The notes beneath the pieces are model-generated. The model had not been told where the DNA came from. It searched no databases and saw nothing but the letters and a program-made list of their open reading frames with translations. A stretch of DNA of 64,000 bases from an uncultured virus (IMG/VR IMGVR_UViG_3300046839_000025) (lineage: Duplodnaviria; Heunggongvirae; Uroviricota; Caudoviricetes). How positions within the stretch are numbered: the first letter of the stretch is position 1; each line of letters opens with the position of its first letter. Both the position numbers and the translations under genes were made by a program. The DNA lies in the IMG/VR virus record IMGVR_UViG_3300046839_000025; one strand, written 5' to 3'. Shown piece after piece: positions 58,990 to 64,000 of the stretch.

Positions 58990-60774
58990 TTAACAGATCC
59001 CTTTCCGGTAGGTAACTTCCGCTTTCGTTCCTCCGCCTTCGTGGGTTAAGGTGATCGTTTCAATCGTGCAGAGCTCCTCGCTTCCATCAAGCCGGTGAAA
59101 AGAAAACACGTCTCTAGGCTGCATGCGTGGGTCTCCCTTAAAGGTAAAAGAACCCGTGATGTTTGACCGGTTAAATAGATAGGCGTAGTTTGGGTAGAGC
59201 AGGGTGGTTCCACCGTAGATTTTCCCGTGAGAAATGGGATCAACCGTGATTGTTGTTCCTGGCCTTTTTCCAGAAGGAAGAATGGAGGAGTTCTCCATGG
59301 TTACCGTGACGGATTTTCCTTTGACGACGCACTGGTTCAGCTTTTTCGTCACCGTCTTATAGATCGGCGTTCCTTTCTTCTTTCCCGTTTTATATTTCTT
59401 CCCGGATTTAACTTTCACCTTCTTAGAAACCGTCGTTTTCTTTGCGGTCCAGACGATCTTGCTTGCAGTAGCTAAGACGGACTTTGCGTTAGAAACCGTT
59501 AAATACCACCAATAACCTTCAGGCGAATGGGAATACCCTTTTCCAGCTTCTACGGATTTTGTCTCCAGAGTCTCTAGTTTATTAGACCTCACGGCTTTGC
59601 TGTGAAGGCCGTAGTCTGCGTCTGTTATGATTTTGGAGATATTCCGCTCGACGCTCCGGACGACATCTCCACAGTCTTTTTCGTAGATGTCCCATTTTTT
59701 GATGGGCTTGCTCCAGGTGACTCTTGGAATCCCTGCATCTACAAAGGCTGGCCAGAAAGTCCCGTTATGCGATAAGTTCATGATGTCAGCTACGATCTCA
59801 CGGGAGGACTGCTCGTCAAAGATCAAGGTGTAAGGAGATGAATTGCTGTTCGTATCCGGAGCAGTTTCTCTTGACACGAGCTTTACCCCGGAGTCCGTGA
59901 TGAACTTTAAGAAGCGGTTGTAAAGGACTTTTCTTCCGTTTCCGCCGGTAGAGTTTACGACCTGGGAGATGTTGTTCTTATCTTCTAGTTTTGCGCTCAT
60001 GTCTTCACCTTTGATGGTGATGACGTTGTTTTCCATGGAAGCTTTTTCAGATAGGTAGAAAGAGCGGACCTTGGAGTAGTCACCTTCATATCCTGCGTAA
60101 TACCAGACCGGAACATCGTCTCCTACATTGCTGATCGCTTCTGAAATGTCATCTGGCCAGTAGGCCTGAATCTCAATTTCAGACACCTGCCAGGAAGGAC
60201 TGGTGATCGAAAGATCTGACCGGAGGGCCAGGGTGCAGGAGACCAGATTCTTATTATTAAACTCCAAGGTGATTCCTGGAGTAATTGAAGCAATTTCAAT
60301 CCGGCTTTCTGGATCCGTGCTTTTCGCTGTCAGAGTGATCGCCTTTCCGTTTACCGGGATCACGACAATTCTTCTTGCTTCGTAGTCTGTTCCGTTTGCA
60401 CTGATCGTTCCGGAAGAATCGGAAGTCACCGCGAGGGTAAGGGCCGCGATGTCGGTTTTCGAGGTCACGGTGATTGTGATGGTTTCTCCGACAATCGACC
60501 TTAGCCCGAGTTTTCCATTTTCCAGGCTCCCTGAAAGAGAAGAGTCAAATAGGGAGCAGGTTCCATCAAGAGGAAAGCCAGGTCCAGCCAGGTCCGCGAG
60601 ATCTCTCATATCCCAGTGCTCGTTGTCTAATGCTTCTGATACGTTCGCGTCTGTTACAGCGCCTGAGATACCTGTAAAGGTAAGATCAACTTTCTCGTTT
60701 CTTCCGGAAAAGCCGCAGTGGACTTCAAAAGGCGTCCGAATAGATTTCTTGTTTTCGGAATCAATTGTGAGCAT
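58990..60774 (-). CDS. Tail (baseplate hub-like) protein
   Basis: Position after the distal tail gene; KGDPRMQPRD C-terminal motif. Confidence 0.65.
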   Translation of the reverse strand: MLTIDSENKKSIRTPFEVHCGFSGRNEKVDLTFTGISGAVTDANVSEALDNEHWDMRDLADLAGPGFPLDGTCSLFDSSLSGSLENGKLGLRSIVGETITITVTSKTDIAALTLAVTSDSSGTISANGTDYEARRIVVIPVNGKAITLTAKSTDPESRIEIASITPGITLEFNNKNLVSCTLALRSDLSITSPSWQVSEIEIQAYWPDDISEAISNVGDDVPVWYYAGYEGDYSKVRSFYLSEKASMENNVITIKGEDMSAKLEDKNNISQVVNSTGGNGRKVLYNRFLKFITDSGVKLVSRETAPDTNSNSSPYTLIFDEQSSREIVADIMNLSHNGTFWPAFVDAGIPRVTWSKPIKKWDIYEKDCGDVVRSVERNISKIITDADYGLHSKAVRSNKLETLETKSVEAGKGYSHSPEGYWWYLTVSNAKSVLATASKIVWTAKKTTVSKKVKVKSGKKYKTGKKKGTPIYKTVTKKLNQCVVKGKSVTVTMENSSILPSGKRPGTTITVDPISHGKIYGGTTLLYPNYAYLFNRSNITGSFTFKGDPRMQPRDVFSFHRLDGSEELCTIETITLTHEGGGTKAEVTYRKGIC

Positions 60775-61132
60775 TTAAGAATCTCACCTCAACTTTCACA
60801 TCGGACCACACAGGGTTTCCATCTGAACTTGTCGCGCGAGAAGCTGTGCTGATGGCGGAGGTCCTGACGATGCTTTCTGTGTGGGATATTCCGTCCGCAC
60901 CCGTAAAGGTGATGGTCGACTCACCACTCATGGAAAGAAGAACTTCCATCTGGCTCTGCGGAAGCGTGTCCCACTCTAAACTCATGTCCGAATACCTCCA
61001 TCCGATCCGGTCTGCAATGGTGTTTCCTGTGCAGGTCGTGATTTCAGCTGCGTAGATGTCTTCTCTTTGCGGGGAAAAGTCATTAGGGCGGAGGATATTT
61101 TGACCATTTATCTGAATGGTTGAGTAGATCAT
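60761..61132 (-). CDS. Distal tail-like protein
   Basis: 123 aa directly after the tape measure gene. Confidence 0.6.
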   Translation of the reverse strand: MIYSTIQINGQNILRPNDFSPQREDIYAAEITTCTGNTIADRIGWRYSDMSLEWDTLPQSQMEVLLSMSGESTITFTGADGISHTESIVRTSAISTASRATSSDGNPVWSDVKVEVRFLNAHN

Positions 61133-63573
61133 CAGCCGAGCCTCCTTTTGTAGGTGTCGTATGCATGGACGATTTCTTCTCCCATCTTTGGGCCGTTCTT
61201 AAAGAGGTAAACATCAAGATGAATATCACCTCCAAGGTTACCGCTCTGAGAGATTCGGCTAGCGGTAAGCACCGCATTTGCCATGTCGTTTCCGGCGCCT
61301 GCAACAGCGGATCTTATCATACTCATCAGAGACTCTGTCCCGACCACAGTTTCTGATCCAGCTTCACCTCCTGCAAGAAGGCTGTCACCTGCTGCTCCAA
61401 AGATAGTCGGGGAGTTTAAGATGATTCCGTTTTTCATGGCCTTTGCGTACCAGTCCACAGAGAATTTCGGAAGTGATCCTTTTCCTCCGATACCAAACGG
61501 GGCTTTCCCTCCTGAAACGTGGATATGAGGAAGCCTCAGGTTGCTGAAGATGTTTCCAATCCGAAGAGGAAAGAACCCTTTGATGGTGTTAATGATTCCC
61601 CGGATCCGGTCACGGGCCGCATTAATAGGAGTCAGCATAGCAGACTTGATCCCATTCCAAACGCGAGACGTAATCGAGCGGATTGCAGTCCATGCTGAAG
61701 TCACACTTGAACGGATGGCTCTTACCGGTGACAGCACGGCGCTTTTGATTGCGCCCCACATCGTAATCGCAAATTTTCGTATTGCTCCCCAGACTTTTGC
61801 CGAAGCCGCCCGAATGCTATTCCAGATAGCGATTACTCCGTTTCTAAACTTCGCGTTCGTCTTCCAGAGATAAATGAAGGTTGCTGCCAGGGCCGCTACA
61901 GCCGCAATGACAAGTGTGATCGGGTTTGCCAGCATAACTGCATTCATCGCTGCTATGCCAGTCCGGACAAGCTTTATGGCAGAGACAATCTTAGGAGCAA
62001 GCGTCATGACCGTTCCGACACCAACCGCGATCTTTCCGATGACAATGAGAAGTGGCCCAACTGCTGCAGCGATGCCGATTAAAGTGAGAATCAGCCTCTG
62101 CGTTGCCGGGTTCATGTTCATGATGGCGTTCATGATCGAGATGAGCTTCTGAAAGAAGCTGGTCAGAACTGGCGCTAATGTCTGGCCGATCGTGACGGTC
62201 AGCACGTCAAAGGTGGATTTCAGCTGTTCAATGGTGCCTCCGGTTCCTGACATCAGGGCCTTTGACATCTTTCCAGCAGAACCTCCCGCGTCGTCTAGTG
62301 CGTTTCGCAGGGAGCTGACATCTTTTGGTGAAGTCTGAATCAGGGTCAGCCACTTGGACATCTGCTCTTTTCCAAAGATGTTTGACGCAGCTTCCAGTTT
62401 TTCCTGGTCGGAAAGACCGGAAAAGGCTTTGTTCAGGTTCTTTAACACATCCGGCATGGATTTGAGCGTTCCGTTGTCGTTAAAGATGGAGTAAGTTTGG
62501 CCGGTGGATAATTTCAGCTGGTCCATGGCGGCAGCTCCTGACTTGGCAGGGGAGGCTAGCCGGGCAAGACCAGTCTTTAAGGCGTTCGCACCTTCTGATC
62601 CAGAGATACCGGCATTTCCAAACACGTCCGTGATGGTCGCTAAGTCCTTTACATCCCATCCGACCGTCTTACAGATCGGGCCAGCGACAGAAATTGCTTG
62701 GAATAATTCCGAGGTGTTGGTGTTTGCTTGCGCCTGAGCCTTTGCCAAAATGTCTGAGTAAGAGGCGGCCTCGGAAGAGTTCGCACCAAACATCTTCATG
62801 GCATTTCCAAGGCCTGACGTCACTTCAGAAAGATCAGTACCGGTGCCTGCTGCAAGGTTCATGGCAGGCGTCAGCATGTCTGTTGCCTGTTTGGCGGTGA
62901 AGCCCTGGCGGGCAAAGTTCAACGTCGCGTCTGCAGCATCCTGCATTCCAAAGACAGAAGCCTTCGCGGACTCGCTGATCTGGTTCCACAGTCCCTTAAA
63001 ATCTTCTGCAGAGTTTGCTGTACTTCCCATTGTCTGCTTGACCAGGTTAAACTGCTTGTCGACATTGCCGTAGGAGTTGACCGCAGCAGTCGCACCGGCG
63101 ACGACAGGCGCGGTGAAGCCAACCGTCATCTTTTCTCCTGCGTCAGACATCTTTTCTCCGACGCCTTTTACTTTTTCTCCTGCAGCAGCAATTCTCTGTG
63201 AAGAGACTGACCCGAAGCTCTTGGACTCTTTTTCCAGGCTCTTAAGTTTAGACTCTGTCTCGGCAATCTCACGCTGGAGGGCGTCATACTTGTCCTTGCC
63301 GAGACTTCCATTTTCCATCTGCTGTTTGGCCTGGACCTGGGCATTCTTTAATCCTTCGAGCTTCTCTTTCGTCGCATCGATGGATGATTTCAGCAATTTC
63401 TGCTTCTGGGTAAGGAGGGTGGTGTTCTTTGGATCAAGTTTAAGAAGCTTGTTGACATCTTTGAGGGAAGACTGGGTGGTGCGAATCGTGCTATTCACAG
63501 ATTTCAGAGCTTTCTCAAGACCTGTGGTGTTACCGCCGATTTCAACCGTGATTCCTTTGATTCTGCTTGCCAT
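61132..63573 (-). CDS. Tape measure protein (TP901 family)
   Basis: MASRIKGITVEIGG, LKLDP, AGISGSEGANAL, Trp-spaced repeats. Confidence 0.93.
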   Translation of the reverse strand: MASRIKGITVEIGGNTTGLEKALKSVNSTIRTTQSSLKDVNKLLKLDPKNTTLLTQKQKLLKSSIDATKEKLEGLKNAQVQAKQQMENGSLGKDKYDALQREIAETESKLKSLEKESKSFGSVSSQRIAAAGEKVKGVGEKMSDAGEKMTVGFTAPVVAGATAAVNSYGNVDKQFNLVKQTMGSTANSAEDFKGLWNQISESAKASVFGMQDAADATLNFARQGFTAKQATDMLTPAMNLAAGTGTDLSEVTSGLGNAMKMFGANSSEAASYSDILAKAQAQANTNTSELFQAISVAGPICKTVGWDVKDLATITDVFGNAGISGSEGANALKTGLARLASPAKSGAAAMDQLKLSTGQTYSIFNDNGTLKSMPDVLKNLNKAFSGLSDQEKLEAASNIFGKEQMSKWLTLIQTSPKDVSSLRNALDDAGGSAGKMSKALMSGTGGTIEQLKSTFDVLTVTIGQTLAPVLTSFFQKLISIMNAIMNMNPATQRLILTLIGIAAAVGPLLIVIGKIAVGVGTVMTLAPKIVSAIKLVRTGIAAMNAVMLANPITLVIAAVAALAATFIYLWKTNAKFRNGVIAIWNSIRAASAKVWGAIRKFAITMWGAIKSAVLSPVRAIRSSVTSAWTAIRSITSRVWNGIKSAMLTPINAARDRIRGIINTIKGFFPLRIGNIFSNLRLPHIHVSGGKAPFGIGGKGSLPKFSVDWYAKAMKNGIILNSPTIFGAAGDSLLAGGEAGSETVVGTESLMSMIRSAVAGAGNDMANAVLTASRISQSGNLGGDIHLDVYLFKNGPKMGEEIVHAYDTYKRRLG

Positions 63574-63584
63574 GTCTTCACCTC

Positions 63585-63749
63585 CTAAAACCTGTCAAAA
63601 TCTTCCTGCGTCGCAAGCCTTCTATACTTCACTCCGTCATTTGCCTTTTCTGTCCAGATATCAAGGACCAGGCCGATGGAAAGAAGATCAAGATCGCGGA
63701 TGGAAATTCCAATTTCTATGCAGCGCAGAAGAAAAAGCGGGGTGGTCAT
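63585..63749 (-). CDS. Tail assembly chaperone, downstream (T-like) ORF
   Basis: Homologue of 32-196. Confidence 0.7.
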   Translation of the reverse strand: MTTPLFLLRCIEIGISIRDLDLLSIGLVLDIWTEKANDGVKYRRLATQEDFDRF

Positions 63750-64000
63750 TTCCCGCTCACTTCTGCGCGTCCTTTTTTTGCCTGGATGTCTGTTACAAGG
63801 TTGCTTCCCCAAAGCTCTAAGATCTCAGGAAGGACCTGATAGATCGAAAACATCTCAAACTGGTCCAGCCATTCGTCGATGGTCCTTGGAATCGTTGGAT
63901 CCGCGTGGTAGGCCATGATATAAGCGACGTTTTCAAAAATCTCAAGGTCATCAATCTCAAGCTCTTCGGAGTCTGTCGTTTTGGCTCGGTAAGACTTTTC
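63746..64000 (-). CDS. Tail assembly chaperone (G-like), partial
   Basis: Homologue of 193-567; ends DIQAKKGRAEVSGK*. Confidence 0.75.
   Translation of the reverse strand, partial: EKSYRAKTTDSEELEIDDLEIFENVAYIMAYHADPTIPRTIDEWLDQFEMFSIYQVLPEILELWGSNLVTDIQAKKGRAEVSGK

Larger units (their letters stand above)
39917..64000 (-). mobile_element. Prophage-like element B (continues past window): recombinases, PolA module, lysis, tail
   Basis: Gene content and order; homologous chaperone genes at the window end. Confidence 0.75.

Noticed and set aside
63585..64000. Terminal redundancy of a single circular contig
   Set aside because: The two end copies differ at many positions and have different downstream context
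1..64000. tRNA, rRNA or IS transposase genes
   Set aside because: None recognised by eye; a covariance-model scan would be needed to exclude small RNAs

Overview
Firmicutes (Clostridia-like) DNA holding two related HK97-type siphoviral prophage-like elements in tandem, both mostly on the - strand. Element A (1-~39916) contributes tail chaperone, head and packaging genes, accessory cassettes, VapE/VRR-NUC/SNF2 replication genes, a frameshifted lexA and an ~18 kb + strand defence island. The island holds a WYL regulator, an Eco57I-like RM pair, GmrSD, a GreA-domain protein, a 5'-truncated BREX (pglX-pglZ-brxL) and a HEPN protein. Element B (~39917-64000) contributes a triple serine-recombinase cassette, a PolA/SSB/DUF2800 module, morons, lysis and tail genes. 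A short rlmD/rumA-like 3' remnant (HVECIALMSRVK*) marks the likely junction. The most unusual feature is a 309-aa intein in PolA motif B. Its homing endonuclease is not in the intein frame but is a separate +1-frame gene nested inside it, with its own Shine-Dalgarno. Also seen: three origin-like iteron/AT blocks, two repeated promoter-like motifs, and a cluster of single-base frameshifts that may be sequencing error. All family assignments come from motif recognition; no database searches were run.
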